In this document: one piece after another, positions 8,728-18,842 of the stretch
Layout of the letters: the number at the start of each line of letters is the position of its first letter
How positions within the stretch are numbered: position 1 is the first letter of the stretch
Source of the DNA: Patescibacteria group bacterium
Lineage (GTDB): Bacteria; Patescibacteriota; Minisyncoccia; Moranbacterales; UBA9337
Reading direction: 5' to 3'
DNA length: 63,303 bases
Assembly (NCBI GenBank): GCA_042569905.1
Contig: JBHPHA010000004.1
Span: 1-63,303 of the forward strand
Program-made: the position numbers and the translations under genes
The notes under the pieces: generated by a model
What the model was told of the DNA's origin: nothing
What the model saw: only the letters and a program-made list of their open reading frames with translations
The model's database searches: none

Positions 8728-10020
8728 TTAGCTTCTTAACAACTCAAGAGCTTTTTCAAGTTGAGGATCACGATCATTTTCATAGTCCTCAGTGGTTAAC
8801 TCAATTTCAGTATCTGGAGTAATTCCTACTTCATTGATTTGATCTCCATTTGGAGTGAGCCATTTTGCAACAGTAATTTTAACAGCTGCATTTTGAGGTA
8901 ATCCAATCATCTCCTGAACAGAACCTTTTCCAAAGGATTGCTTTCCAACGATTGAAACATCCTCTCTATTATCCCTCAATGCTCCTGCCAGAATTTCTGA
9001 GGCACTAGCACTTCCCTCGTTAATCAATATCACAACTGGAATACCTGCGAGAATATCTCCACCTTCCGTGAAGAGACTCTCCTGTGCGCCACTCTGATTC
9101 TCCTCAACAACAACAACTTTTCCAGGAGAAAGCATTCTACTTGCCATCTCTACAGAAGAATAAAGGTAACCTCCTGGATTATTTCTCAAATCCAACACAA
9201 TACCCTTGCACGTACCATTTATTTCCTTTGCAACTTTATTAAACTCTAATGAAGTACTGTCTCCAAAGCGAGTAACCTTAATGTGTGCAATATTGTCATC
9301 CTTCATTTCTAGATTAACACTATCTACAGTAATAGTATCTCTGGTAATCACAATTTCTTCGGTTGTATCTTCTCCATTATTTCTAAATACCGTAAGCGCA
9401 ACTTGCGTTCCTTTTTCACCTCTTATCTTCGTTACCGCATTATTAATACTCATTTCCGCAGTACTCTCTCCCTCAATCTTTAAAATCTTATCACCTGCTC
9501 TTAACCCAGCAGTTTCCGCAGGAGATCCTTCGAGTGGAGCCACTACAGTAAGTACACCTTTCTTAATCCCAATCTCAGCTCCAATTCCTTCAAATTTTCC
9601 CTCCATATCTGAATTGAACTGTTGATTTTCCTCTGGACTTAAAAACACTGTATATGGATCACCAGTAGCTCCTAGCATTCCATTTATTGAGCCATAGACG
9701 AGATCCCTAGCATCTAAATCACCTGAATTAACATACTTCTCTTTTAATGTACTCCAGACTTCCCAAAATAATCCAAAATCAACTTCATCCTCGCTATTAG
9801 CTATATTGACAAGCTTAGTTCCGTTTATCGATAACTCGCTTGGTACTTGAGTGGCAATGGTTTCTCCTTGTCCCTGCTTAAACCCAACACTAAAACTAAT
9901 GACGAGTAAAACAATAAAGAAAGAATATTTTAAATATCCAGTTAATAATTTTCTACCTTCTTTTTTATTTTCTTGAGTATTATTTATATCCTTTTTCTCA
10001 TCTTCCACAACACTATTCAT
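8728..10020 (-). CDS. ctpA: S41 family C-terminal processing (tail-specific) peptidase with PDZ domain
   Basis: N-terminal TM, PDZ-like GSPAETAGLRAGDKILKIEG, catalytic region GSASASEILAGALRD and FGKGSVQ. Confidence 0.9.
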   Translation of the reverse strand: MNSVVEDEKKDINNTQENKKEGRKLLTGYLKYSFFIVLLVISFSVGFKQGQGETIATQVPSELSINGTKLVNIANSEDEVDFGLFWEVWSTLKEKYVNSGDLDARDLVYGSINGMLGATGDPYTVFLSPEENQQFNSDMEGKFEGIGAEIGIKKGVLTVVAPLEGSPAETAGLRAGDKILKIEGESTAEMSINNAVTKIRGEKGTQVALTVFRNNGEDTTEEIVITRDTITVDSVNLEMKDDNIAHIKVTRFGDSTSLEFNKVAKEINGTCKGIVLDLRNNPGGYLYSSVEMASRMLSPGKVVVVEENQSGAQESLFTEGGDILAGIPVVILINEGSASASEILAGALRDNREDVSIVGKQSFGKGSVQEMIGLPQNAAVKITVAKWLTPNGDQINEVGITPDTEIELTTEDYENDRDPQLEKALELLRS

Positions 10021-10033
10021 AATAATTTATTTT

Positions 10034-10849
10034 TTATTTTTTATTTTTTCTTGGATTTGATTTACCCAAATATTTCATAAAATATTTAATAGCACTCGAA
10101 ATATGAATCCAGGTCAATTTATTCAGTAGTAACGAATGAACAATACCTCCCTTACCGCTACCTTTTCCATGATAATGAAGCATTGTTGCATATGGATAAT
10201 AGACCACCCTAAAACCATTCTCCCAAAATCTTCGACACCAATCCACATCCTCCATATACATAAAAAATCGTGTATCCATTAAACCAACCTTATCTAGAGC
10301 TTTTCTAGACACCAACATTGAAGACCCCATCATCCAATCAACATCCCTAGGCTCCTTATGATCATAATCTTTCATCAAAAACCAATCCAGGTGTTTTTTA
10401 GCAAATTCAAATTTTTTCAAAAACGTTCTTCTATAAGCAATAGTAGTTGGCTTATAAAACCTAAAACAAGAATCCTGCAAAGTCTCATTAAAATTAAGAA
10501 GTCTCGGTCCAACCATTCCGACATCTGGATTATTTTCAATAAATTCCAACATCTTCTCAACTGAATTCTTCTTCACCACAATGTCCCCATTTAATAATAA
10601 CAAGTATTCACCATCACTCTCCTCCATTCCTTTCTTAAGCAATGCCGGAAATCCAACATTATCATTGAAGGGGAAAAATTTAACATCGGAATAATCCTCC
10701 CTCATCATCATCTCAGTCTTCTCCTCTGTCTCACCATCAGAAACAATTATTTCATAATCAACACCTTCAATATTATTCCTTATTGAATCAATGCAGACTT
10801 TTAATAATTCGGGATTTTTATAGCTAGTTATTACAATCGAAAGCTTCAT
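10034..10849 (-). CDS. Glycosyltransferase family 2
   Basis: MKLSIVITSYKNPELL.., DGETEE, NGDIVV, and DVDWCRR (ED-type motif typical of GT2/rhamnosyltransferase-like enzymes). Confidence 0.85.
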   Translation of the reverse strand: MKLSIVITSYKNPELLKVCIDSIRNNIEGVDYEIIVSDGETEEKTEMMMREDYSDVKFFPFNDNVGFPALLKKGMEESDGEYLLLLNGDIVVKKNSVEKMLEFIENNPDVGMVGPRLLNFNETLQDSCFRFYKPTTIAYRRTFLKKFEFAKKHLDWFLMKDYDHKEPRDVDWMMGSSMLVSRKALDKVGLMDTRFFMYMEDVDWCRRFWENGFRVVYYPYATMLHYHGKGSGKGGIVHSLLLNKLTWIHISSAIKYFMKYLGKSNPRKNKK

Positions 10850-10867
10850 TTATTAAAAAAGTTATCT

Positions 10868-12082
10868 TTAATTAAGAATGTTATTAAACGCCTCAGTTAT
10901 TTTGTCGTAATTATCTCCTCTAGGAAGAAGTATGTATCCTGTTTCTGGAGTTGCTTCTGGTGCATACAGCAGCCCCTCTTCAGAATTCTCTAATACTTTT
11001 CGACCTATTGCAAGTCCATCTCCCATTCCTTGGTATATTTCAAAAAATCTCTTCATCTCCCAGATTCGCATATCAGTCTTCGTGTTATCTCCCAAGCTGT
11101 CTAAAATATCATTAATTTTACTAAAATCAGACAACGTTCCAGCGCTTGTCGCCTTAGTTTTTATTGATTGCAACACCTCTTGCTGCCTCCTTGCTCTGTC
11201 AAAATCACTCGATGTCACACGAGACCTAACGTAACATAGTGCTTTCTCTCCATCAACCTTAATATCTCCAGCAGGAAGCTGAAATATTCCTCCACACTCC
11301 AAATTCTTGTTATAGCAAAGAGGGTATGAAGCTACAACCTTACCTTTCTCGTTTTTCTTTTCTTGAACATTACCACTTGACTCTGTGTAAACATTTTCAT
11401 CACAAACATGCTCTTCCTTAAACTGAAGAGGTTCTATGAATGACTCCTCTAGATGCAAATCAATCCCACCCAGACTATCTACCAAATCTTCAAATCCTTT
11501 AAAATTAATCACAAGCGCATACTGAATCTCATTTCCCGTAACCTCGCCAATAATTTTTTTCATACTCTTCATTCCCCCATCCTTTTCTGCCTCTTCTCCG
11601 TAATGATAAACTGCATTAATTTTACTCTTAAATCCTCTATCTGGGACAGTCACATACAAATCCCTAGGAACTGAAAACAATGATGCTTTCTTATTTATTG
11701 GATCAATACTTGCAATCATAATAGTGTCAGCCAATAATCCACCGCCCACAACATGCTCACCTCTCATTCCCATCAAAAGAACATTCACTCTTCCGTCTTT
11801 CTCGCCTTTCAATGCATTGTTACCTGTAACCATCTGACCTAATGACTCAAATATCCCACCTTCTGTAGAAACCTTATTCAGCACAAACCCAGCCTTAAAA
11901 AGCAGATAACCAAAAACGAATATAAACAAACCAACAAAAATCATTGCTAATAGAAACATTTTTGATTTATAAAACTTCGTTTTTTCAGATAAATTTTCAA
12001 TGCTACCTTGCTCCTCCATATTCATCTTGTTAATTTCCACAAAATTACTCGTATCCCTATTAGGTTCTTCGCTTTTATTCAT
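10868..12082 (-). CDS. LytR-CpsA-Psr (LCP) family cell-envelope phosphotransferase
   Basis: N-terminal TM, then VNVLLMGMRG..LADTIMIASID..ASLFSVPRDLYV..KINAVY..INFKGFEDLVDSLGGIDL. Confidence 0.85.
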   Translation of the reverse strand: MNKSEEPNRDTSNFVEINKMNMEEQGSIENLSEKTKFYKSKMFLLAMIFVGLFIFVFGYLLFKAGFVLNKVSTEGGIFESLGQMVTGNNALKGEKDGRVNVLLMGMRGEHVVGGGLLADTIMIASIDPINKKASLFSVPRDLYVTVPDRGFKSKINAVYHYGEEAEKDGGMKSMKKIIGEVTGNEIQYALVINFKGFEDLVDSLGGIDLHLEESFIEPLQFKEEHVCDENVYTESSGNVQEKKNEKGKVVASYPLCYNKNLECGGIFQLPAGDIKVDGEKALCYVRSRVTSSDFDRARRQQEVLQSIKTKATSAGTLSDFSKINDILDSLGDNTKTDMRIWEMKRFFEIYQGMGDGLAIGRKVLENSEEGLLYAPEATPETGYILLPRGDNYDKITEAFNNILN

Positions 12083-12092
12083 ATTTTTGTTT

Positions 12093-13232
12093 TTATTTAA
12101 TATTTTTGTAAATTTCTAACATTTTCTTAGCAGATAATTTCCAAGAAAAAAAGCTAACTCTTTCCTTGCCAGAGTTAACCAGCCTTAATCTCAATTCATC
12201 ATCCATACATACATTATATAGTTCTTGAGACATTTCATCAAGGTTATTTGGAGCGAAAAACAAACATGCCTCACTACAAACTTCCTTTAGAGGTTCAATA
12301 TCAGAAGAAACAACAGGAATACTTTGTGCCATAGCCTCCAGCACTGGGATTCCAAAGCCTTCATAAAGGGATGGATATGCAAAAACGTGAGATTCTTTAT
12401 ACATCATCATCTTATCTTCTTCATCAACAAAACCAGTGAAAATTACATTTTTCTCTAAGTCATTTTCTAAAACAACCTTATTTATTTTTTCATCAAAGTT
12501 ATGTGCTTTTTTATTCCCAGCAATCACTAACTTAATCCCTGGGATACGATCCTTAATATTTGCGTAAGCCTGAATCAAATTAGCTACATTTTTTCGCGGC
12601 TGCAATGTTCCAATATATAAAATATATTTTTCCGGTAAGCCATACTTTCTTCTAAGTTCTTCCCCTACTACACCTTGGACTTCCTCGTCACTTTTATTCA
12701 CAGCATTGTAGACAATCTCAACTTTTTGAGGGTCTACGTTATAATATCTTATAATTTCTTTCTTAGTAAACTCTGAAACAGCAACAATCTTATTAGCTCT
12801 TTTTATACTCAGTGGTATTAATGTGTTCAAAAACAACGCATCGCTCCATTTAATAAGTTTTCTATACACAACAAAAGAAACATCGTGAATATGCGTTATT
12901 GCTTTTATTTTTTTAGGCAAGAAAAATGGCAAAATATACTCCGCATGATAGATATCTAAATCATTTTTACGAAGATAGCTAGAAACAGCCCAAGCTGCCC
13001 ATACAAACTTATTTCTTGCCTTAAGCGATATGATATTAACGTTTTTCTGCTCATCGCCTATTTCAAGTTTTTGCCTAATAGCATCAATAACCTCTTTTTC
13101 ACCAGTATCCGTAAAAAGAAAATACTCGTTTTCACCATCTAGTCTTAAAATGCTCTTAGTTAACCCTAGGACAACTACCTCACTTCCAGTCCTTTGTTTT
13201 CCTATATTTCTTATATCAATTCCTATTTTCAC
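12093..13232 (-). CDS. Glycosyltransferase family 4 (GT-B, GT1-type)
   Basis: GTLQPRKN, ..YPSLYEGFGIPVLEAMA (E-x7-E motif). GTG start at 13230-13232, giving (M)KIGIDIR. Confidence 0.85.
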   Translation of the reverse strand: MKIGIDIRNIGKQRTGSEVVVLGLTKSILRLDGENEYFLFTDTGEKEVIDAIRQKLEIGDEQKNVNIISLKARNKFVWAAWAVSSYLRKNDLDIYHAEYILPFFLPKKIKAITHIHDVSFVVYRKLIKWSDALFLNTLIPLSIKRANKIVAVSEFTKKEIIRYYNVDPQKVEIVYNAVNKSDEEVQGVVGEELRRKYGLPEKYILYIGTLQPRKNVANLIQAYANIKDRIPGIKLVIAGNKKAHNFDEKINKVVLENDLEKNVIFTGFVDEEDKMMMYKESHVFAYPSLYEGFGIPVLEAMAQSIPVVSSDIEPLKEVCSEACLFFAPNNLDEMSQELYNVCMDDELRLRLVNSGKERVSFFSWKLSAKKMLEIYKNIK

Positions 13233-13318
13233 TTGACTTTTTCATTAAAATGTTATATAATAGACTATCATAGTTTATTTTACATTCAAATAACCAAAAA
13301 AACAAGCGGGGAGCTAAA

Positions 13319-13744
13319 ATGAATCTGCAGAAAAAAATTGAAGAAAATCCGCCAATCCGATCATACTTATTAATGCTTGTCGGTTTTGTGGCGCTGGTCT
13401 GGATATTTCAGCAAAACCCCGAAAGAGAGATGGCAATAAAAACTGTAGATTTTATCCAGAAAAACGGTGAAACGTTCGCGATAATAAAGCTCAAAAATGA
13501 CTTTAAGTACGGCAACGAGAACATCAGCGAGGTAATAGTTTCACCATCAGGAACACAGCGGTGTAAGTTCTTGATTGAAATCAATAAATTTCCAAAGAAA
13601 AACACGTTGTATGTCTTGTGTCTTCCTCGGAAGGTAAAAATATCAAAAGAAGAGTTTGGATTTGTGCTTCGCACATCTCCAAAAATAAAAACAATAAAAC
13701 GACCATTGATACCAGAAGATACTCCTGACATTGGCGGTTGTTAG
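13319..13744 (+). CDS. Hypothetical membrane-anchored protein
   Basis: 141 aa with one N-terminal TM (YLLMLVGFVALVWIF). SD ggggag before the ATG. A strong terminator follows directly. Confidence 0.55.
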   Translation: MNLQKKIEENPPIRSYLLMLVGFVALVWIFQQNPEREMAIKTVDFIQKNGETFAIIKLKNDFKYGNENISEVIVSPSGTQRCKFLIEINKFPKKNTLYVLCLPRKVKISKEEFGFVLRTSPKIKTIKRPLIPEDTPDIGGC

Positions 13745-13749
13745 AACAA

Positions 13750-13785
13750 CCCCGGAACCACTAATAGGTTCCGGGTTTTTATTTT
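13750..13785 (+). terminator. Rho-independent terminator
   Basis: 9-bp GC-rich stem cccggaacc/ggttccggg (13751-13759/13767-13775), 7-nt loop, then tttttattttt. Confidence 0.7.
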
Positions 13786-13786
13786 T

Positions 13787-15358
13787 CTATTTTTCATTAT
13801 CTACCCCAAAAAGACCAAAAAACATCCAAACAAAACCAAGCATAATCCCTGCATTAAAAAGATTCGGCACAATAATAGCCACAACTCCTAATACTAAAAA
13901 TAATCCCATCGCACTATCATCCTCTCTCATCAGGATTAAAATACCCTTACGTAATCCATATCCAAGCAAACACACAATTGAAACTAAACCTAATACTCCT
14001 GACCCAAGCCATACCTCTAAAAATATATTACTTGAATTTAACCCCGCGCCCCTTTCATCTTTTCCTAGAATATCACTAATATTTCCCCACCCAATTCCAA
14101 TAATTGGGTGTTTTTTTATTTCTTCCCAAGATTTCCAATAAATCTCTGCTCGAATATTCACGTTCGGATCTTTTCTATATACTTTTCCAATAAATTTTCC
14201 AACTGACTTCTCTGACTCAATCTCCTCCAGATTAATATGCCTACATCCATAGTCCTCAAGTTCGCTCACATCACCTATTTCACCAGGGACCGTCACATTC
14301 TTTTCACAAGCAATTGTAATCTCCTGTAACCCAGAACCAGTACTTTGAGCTCTATTTTGAAGCTCAAAATTAGTAAGACCTCCGAAAGCAACAATTGCTA
14401 CGCTTAAAATAATCAACATACCTACTGCTGAAAAATAACCCAGAAACTTTTTCATGTCTACAGATTTTTTCAATACAAAATACAAAGCAACGAAAAAATA
14501 AGTTATTGTCACTACTCCTGCTCCCAACCAAGCACTCCTAGAAACCGCGATAATCAATAAAACATTAACCAGTACAAATAAAGCCGCACATTCAAAGCAT
14601 TGCCATTTATTGCGAAAATTCTGAGAAATACGCTTATACGAAAGTGCATACATCAGCGCCAAAACAAACACCAAAAACATCCCCAGCCAATCTGGCTCAG
14701 TAAAAGTTGCATTCGGTCTTCCTGGCATAACTTCAAAATGAGAGCCTCCTCCCAAAAACATCATATTCTGCCAAATCCCATATAGAGTCACGACCACAAC
14801 AGAGCTCAAGAAAAACGGAATAATCTTTTTAAAATCATCAAACTTACTAATAAAAATTCTAGTCAAGAAATATAAGATGCTAAAACTAAGAACTATAACT
14901 GACTGCTTAAGAGCAATTTCTCTATTTACAGCTCCCACAGAACTAATAAAACTACCCACAATAAACACTATAACCGCCCAATCAATCGCTTGGATTCTAG
15001 GAAACTTAATCTCCCATCTCTTTGAAACTACTCTAACAAAAATTGCCAACGAAAGAGCAATTCCGCATAATTGATAAGGCCTCACATTTAAGCCGACATC
15101 ACTCGGAATCAAATTTATATTCTCTAACATAATCACGCCTACAAAAAAGAAAAAGCTCCATCTTGGTCGATATAGCGCAAATGCCAAGGCTAGCAAAAAA
15201 AGAAATATGAAGTTTCCCAGTTCGCTAAATGGCAAAAAACCAAGGTTAGAAAATACTATTAAAAAAAATACAAAAACAATATTTCCAGCAAAGAGATAAT
15301 TCTTTACTGAATTCAATTTTTCTATTTTTTTGACAAAATCCGATAAGTTCAATAACAT
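13787..15358 (-). CDS. O-antigen ligase/polymerase-like (Wzy_C type) polytopic membrane protein
   Basis: 523 aa with more than 10 TM segments. VSRSAWLGAG motif, then a large extracytoplasmic loop followed by further TMs. Confidence 0.7.
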   Translation of the reverse strand: MLLNLSDFVKKIEKLNSVKNYLFAGNIVFVFFLIVFSNLGFLPFSELGNFIFLFLLALAFALYRPRWSFFFFVGVIMLENINLIPSDVGLNVRPYQLCGIALSLAIFVRVVSKRWEIKFPRIQAIDWAVIVFIVGSFISSVGAVNREIALKQSVIVLSFSILYFLTRIFISKFDDFKKIIPFFLSSVVVVTLYGIWQNMMFLGGGSHFEVMPGRPNATFTEPDWLGMFLVFVLALMYALSYKRISQNFRNKWQCFECAALFVLVNVLLIIAVSRSAWLGAGVVTITYFFVALYFVLKKSVDMKKFLGYFSAVGMLIILSVAIVAFGGLTNFELQNRAQSTGSGLQEITIACEKNVTVPGEIGDVSELEDYGCRHINLEEIESEKSVGKFIGKVYRKDPNVNIRAEIYWKSWEEIKKHPIIGIGWGNISDILGKDERGAGLNSSNIFLEVWLGSGVLGLVSIVCLLGYGLRKGILILMREDDSAMGLFLVLGVVAIIVPNLFNAGIMLGFVWMFFGLFGVDNEK

Positions 15359-15408
15359 ATAGTTTGGATATTAAAAAAATATTATTAATAAAGAAATAGG
15401 TGCGACTA

Positions 15409-15609
15409 ATGCGCGACGATCACGTAACTGAAAATTCTAAGTTAGAAAACATCGATGAACTACTAGCCCTTAAGCGTGTAATTGACAATTTTCAAACACT
15501 GGAAGATCTAGGGATTCATCTTGACTTAAGAAATCCCCTATCAAGGTCAAGTGCTATGAAAATTATAATCAAAAAACTAGCAGAGCAACGGTTTCATATT
15601 AACACATAA
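15409..15609 (+). CDS. Hypothetical small protein (66 aa)
   Basis: ATG at 15409 lies 7 nt after aggtg. Soluble and helical-looking. Followed by a perfect terminator. The only plus-strand gene in this block. Confidence 0.5.
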   Translation: MRDDHVTENSKLENIDELLALKRVIDNFQTLEDLGIHLDLRNPLSRSSAMKIIIKKLAEQRFHINT

Positions 15610-15630
15610 ACACCGCTGCAATTACATAAC

Positions 15631-15669
15631 AAATGGAGATGAAACAACATCTCCATTTGTTTTATTTTT
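15631..15669 (+). terminator. Rho-independent terminator
   Basis: Perfect 11-bp stem aaatggagatg/catctccattt (15631-15641/15648-15658), 6-nt loop, T-rich tail. Confidence 0.8.
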
Positions 15670-16795
15670 CCCCAATCAAATTACCCACAAAACTCTCCCA
15701 GGAAAACATTCTTGCTCTCTCTTTTTCTTTTTTTGACAATTCAACCCTCAATTCCTCATTACTCACCATGTCTTCAATTTTCCTAGACATTTCATCAATA
15801 TTTTCAGTCTCAAAATATACAACCGCGTCTCCTCCAACCTCTGCAATAGATGAATTTCTTGCTGCAATCACAGGGATCCCTTGATTCATTGCCTCTAAAA
15901 CTGGCATACCAAATCCTTCATATTCAGAAGGATACACAAAAAATAAGGCATTTTTATAAATAGCAGGTAAATCCTCCTGAGAAACAAAGTCCAGAAGCCT
16001 CACATCCGCCTCTAACTCATAATCTTTTACTAACCCTGCTACGTCTGTCACTAATGGGGCTAATTCGGGCATCATCTTTCCAGAAATAACTAATTTTGGC
16101 AATCTAACACCACTCTTTCTCAATTCATTATAAGCAAAAATCACCTTATCGATGTTTTTTCTTTTTTCTAACCCTCCTCCACTATAAATATATCCTGGGG
16201 ATAAATCATATTTGTCCAAAACTTCCTTACTCTTCTCTGATGAAACCTCTGCCTTATAAATATCATCAACATCAACATGGCTCACCTCAATTTTTTCCTC
16301 AGAAATTTTCAGTTTTTCGACTAAATCAATCTTGGTACTTTCTGAAACAGCAATAATCCTATCGGCTCTTTTGATTGCCTGCTCAGTTAATTTCCAATAT
16401 AGTTTCTTTCTCCAATTATTTAAATATTCTGGAAATAACTTTGGGATAATATCATGTACTACCATTGTGTGTTTTATATTTTTACCCAAAATAGTTGGAC
16501 ATTGATAAAGGCTGATAAAACTCTCACAATTATCCTCTGTTACTTTCTTTGGAAGTGAAAACTTTTCCCACAAAATCTTTCTTATTAAATCATCCCTCTT
16601 CCAAAAAGGAAGAAATGCTTTTTCTTCAAAATTATCCGGCAAACTTAAACCCGCCTTATCCTCCAAATAAAGAATAAAGCTATCGCCTTCTATTCTATTT
16701 TTTAGATCGTTTAAGGCATTTCTAGTAACCTGTCCAATTCCAGTATTCAACTTTCTTAAAAACGATGCATTGATTCCAATTTTTCTTTTTTTCAT
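15662..16795 (-). CDS. Glycosyltransferase family 4 (GT-B)
   Basis: GGGLEKRKN, ..YPSEYEGFGMPVLEAMNQGIPVIA (E-x7-E motif). 377 aa. Confidence 0.85.
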   Translation of the reverse strand: MKKRKIGINASFLRKLNTGIGQVTRNALNDLKNRIEGDSFILYLEDKAGLSLPDNFEEKAFLPFWKRDDLIRKILWEKFSLPKKVTEDNCESFISLYQCPTILGKNIKHTMVVHDIIPKLFPEYLNNWRKKLYWKLTEQAIKRADRIIAVSESTKIDLVEKLKISEEKIEVSHVDVDDIYKAEVSSEKSKEVLDKYDLSPGYIYSGGGLEKRKNIDKVIFAYNELRKSGVRLPKLVISGKMMPELAPLVTDVAGLVKDYELEADVRLLDFVSQEDLPAIYKNALFFVYPSEYEGFGMPVLEAMNQGIPVIAARNSSIAEVGGDAVVYFETENIDEMSRKIEDMVSNEELRVELSKKEKERARMFSWESFVGNLIGEK

Positions 16796-16830
16796 ACTTC
16801 AATAATATACCAAAATCAGACTCCAAGCAA

Positions 16831-16866
16831 TCAAAAAGCAGTATTTTATTTTATAAAATACTGCTT
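16831..16866 (-). terminator. Rho-independent terminator downstream of the 96-aa orphan gene
   Basis: Perfect 13-bp stem aagcagtatttta/taaaatactgctt (16836-16848/16854-16866), followed on the minus strand by ttttt. Confidence 0.75.
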
Positions 16867-16873
16867 ATGCTTT

Positions 16874-17164
16874 TTAACTTGTTTCTACTCTTCTATCTCT
16901 AAGATACCTTCTTGCTGCATTTTTATCCTGATAATCAACCACGTAATATGCCTTGATATTCAGATCTTTATGTGACTTTGTAGTCAAGCTCTTAATAACA
17001 AGAGCTGTCTCGAGCTCATCAATTATGCACTTAAACATCTTCATGGAAAGATTAACATGAAAATTGCTAAGAACCTCCGCCTTAATTTCCGGCTCAGTTC
17101 GCACTAAACCATGTTTCATTGATAAAATAACCCACGCCTTTTCAATTGAATCTATTTCAATCAT
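16874..17164 (-). CDS. Hypothetical protein (96 aa)
   Basis: SD gagggag before ATG 17162-17164. No recognisable motif. Confidence 0.55.
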   Translation of the reverse strand: MIEIDSIEKAWVILSMKHGLVRTEPEIKAEVLSNFHVNLSMKMFKCIIDELETALVIKSLTTKSHKDLNIKAYYVVDYQDKNAARRYLRDRRVETS

Positions 17165-17221
17165 CCAGATTCATCTCCCTCGCACAGCTACAGACATTTC
17201 AATTCTCCAAGCATCACATTA

Positions 17222-17623
17222 CTACAAAATTACACACACTTCACTTTCCTGAATCTTTCTCAAAAATTCATCCGTAATAAATACCCGAATTTCTTCTTCA
17301 GTAGCAGGTCGGACTTCTTCCATTTCACAGTCCCAAAGACCTACTTCTGAGCAATCATAAGTCAATGCTTCACACCCACTACTACCACTCTTAGTATTTA
17401 CTATCCATAAACATTCCTCTTCTGTTTCTGCATTAAGAGTATTTGCGCTATCGCACTTAACAATAACAATATCCCTCTTAAATCTTACTTTAACCCCAGA
17501 AAGAATTTCGCCTACTTCTTCACTGAAAACGGTCTTACTATCTGGAAAGCAAGTTTCCACTAATGAATTAAACTTCTCAACTTCGTATTCACGTATCAAC
17601 CCCGCCCTTACAGCATTGACCAA
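17222..17623 (-). CDS. Hypothetical Cys-rich acidic protein (133 codons from TTG); probably the distal part of a 176-codon gene
   Basis: Opens at TTG 17621-17623, directly after an in-frame TGA. No ATG until near the C-terminus and no SD of its own. Confidence 0.5.
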   Translation of the reverse strand: MVNAVRAGLIREYEVEKFNSLVETCFPDSKTVFSEEVGEILSGVKVRFKRDIVIVKCDSANTLNAETEEECLWIVNTKSGSSGCEALTYDCSEVGLWDCEMEEVRPATEEEIRVFITDEFLRKIQESEVCVIL

Positions 17624-17752
17624 TCAACTCACAAGCTTTTTCTCAATCACAGAATCTGCATTAAAACCGTTTCCCCTGCCCCATTGATTAGTCTCCATAA
17701 TAAGAAGTCTAATCACTTCTTCTTTGGAAATCTCAGTCCTTCTTCCAAGCAT
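17624..17752 (-). CDS. 42-codon ORF ending in a TGA that is in frame with the following ORF
   Basis: Not in the supplied track (<60 aa). SD ggagga plus ATG at 17750-17752. Translation: MLGRRTEISKEEVIRLLIMETNQWGRGNGFNADSVIEKKLVS*. Confidence 0.45.
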   Translation of the reverse strand: MLGRRTEISKEEVIRLLIMETNQWGRGNGFNADSVIEKKLVS

Positions 17753-17896
17753 TTAAGATCCTCCTATTTACATTAGTTAAAGTACTGCACTTCTTATACC
17801 ATAATACTCATATAAAAGCAATGTTATTATTGATTTTAAACAACTTTTGTTTAATAATTAAAAAAGACATAAACTAGACTTATTATAATTATTTTT

Positions 17897-18835
17897 ATGA
17901 ATAAAAAATCAAACGATCTAATCTTATCATTAGCGCCGATGGCAGGACTGACTGACAAAGCGTTTCGAGAAATTTGTCAGGACTGGGGCGTCGACGTCAC
18001 TTGGAGTGAAATGGTGAGCTCTGAAGGACTAGTCAGGCAACCCATCGAAAACAACAAGTCACTTGAGCTTTCTGAAAAATTTGGAGAAAAAGAAAAAAAC
18101 TATTGGGTTCAACTTTTCGGATGCGACCCTGAATCAATGGCTAAAGCCGCAAAAATAATTGAAGAAAAAATAAAACCAACTGGAATTAACATCAACCTTG
18201 GCTGTCCTGTGAAAAAAGCTCAAAAAGCTGGATATGGAGCAATTCAAATGGGTAAGATTCCTGAAGTACTTGAAATCATTAAAGCTATCAAAAAAGAAAC
18301 GACTCTCCCGCTGTCACTCAAAACCAGAGTAGGACTCAAAAATCAAGAAGAAATCTTGGAATTTGCACCTAAGCTTGAAAAAGCTGGAATTAACGAACTA
18401 ATTGTACATGCCAGAACCCTTAAGGGAATGTTTCACGAAACCCCACATTGGGAGATTGTAAAAAAACTTACAGACACATTAACTATTCCCATCACATATA
18501 ACGGCGGTATTAAAACTTTTGAAGATGCTAATTTCTACCAAAAAAAAACTGAATGTGATCATTTAATGATTGGTCAAGCCGCAATTGGAAAACCATGGAT
18601 TTTTTGGCAAATCAAAAATCAGACTCACGAAGAGCCTGGATTAGATAAAATCAAAGAAACAATTCTTAAGCATGCCAACTTAGTTCTAAAACATTACGGC
18701 GAAAAAAGCATGATGACTTTCCGCACCCATCTTGCCGCCTACCTCAAAGGAAGGCCCAACGCCTCCGCACTAAGAAAAGAGGCAGTGAAAATAAATACAC
18801 TTGAAGATGTAAAAAAAATCATAGCTAAAATATAA
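17897..18835 (+). CDS. dus: tRNA-dihydrouridine synthase
   Basis: LAPMAGLTDKAFR.., NINLGCP.KK, HARTL.., MIGQAAIGKPWIF. 312 aa. Confidence 0.9.
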   Translation: MNKKSNDLILSLAPMAGLTDKAFREICQDWGVDVTWSEMVSSEGLVRQPIENNKSLELSEKFGEKEKNYWVQLFGCDPESMAKAAKIIEEKIKPTGININLGCPVKKAQKAGYGAIQMGKIPEVLEIIKAIKKETTLPLSLKTRVGLKNQEEILEFAPKLEKAGINELIVHARTLKGMFHETPHWEIVKKLTDTLTIPITYNGGIKTFEDANFYQKKTECDHLMIGQAAIGKPWIFWQIKNQTHEEPGLDKIKETILKHANLVLKHYGEKSMMTFRTHLAAYLKGRPNASALRKEAVKINTLEDVKKIIAKI

Positions 18836-18842
18836 GTATACA

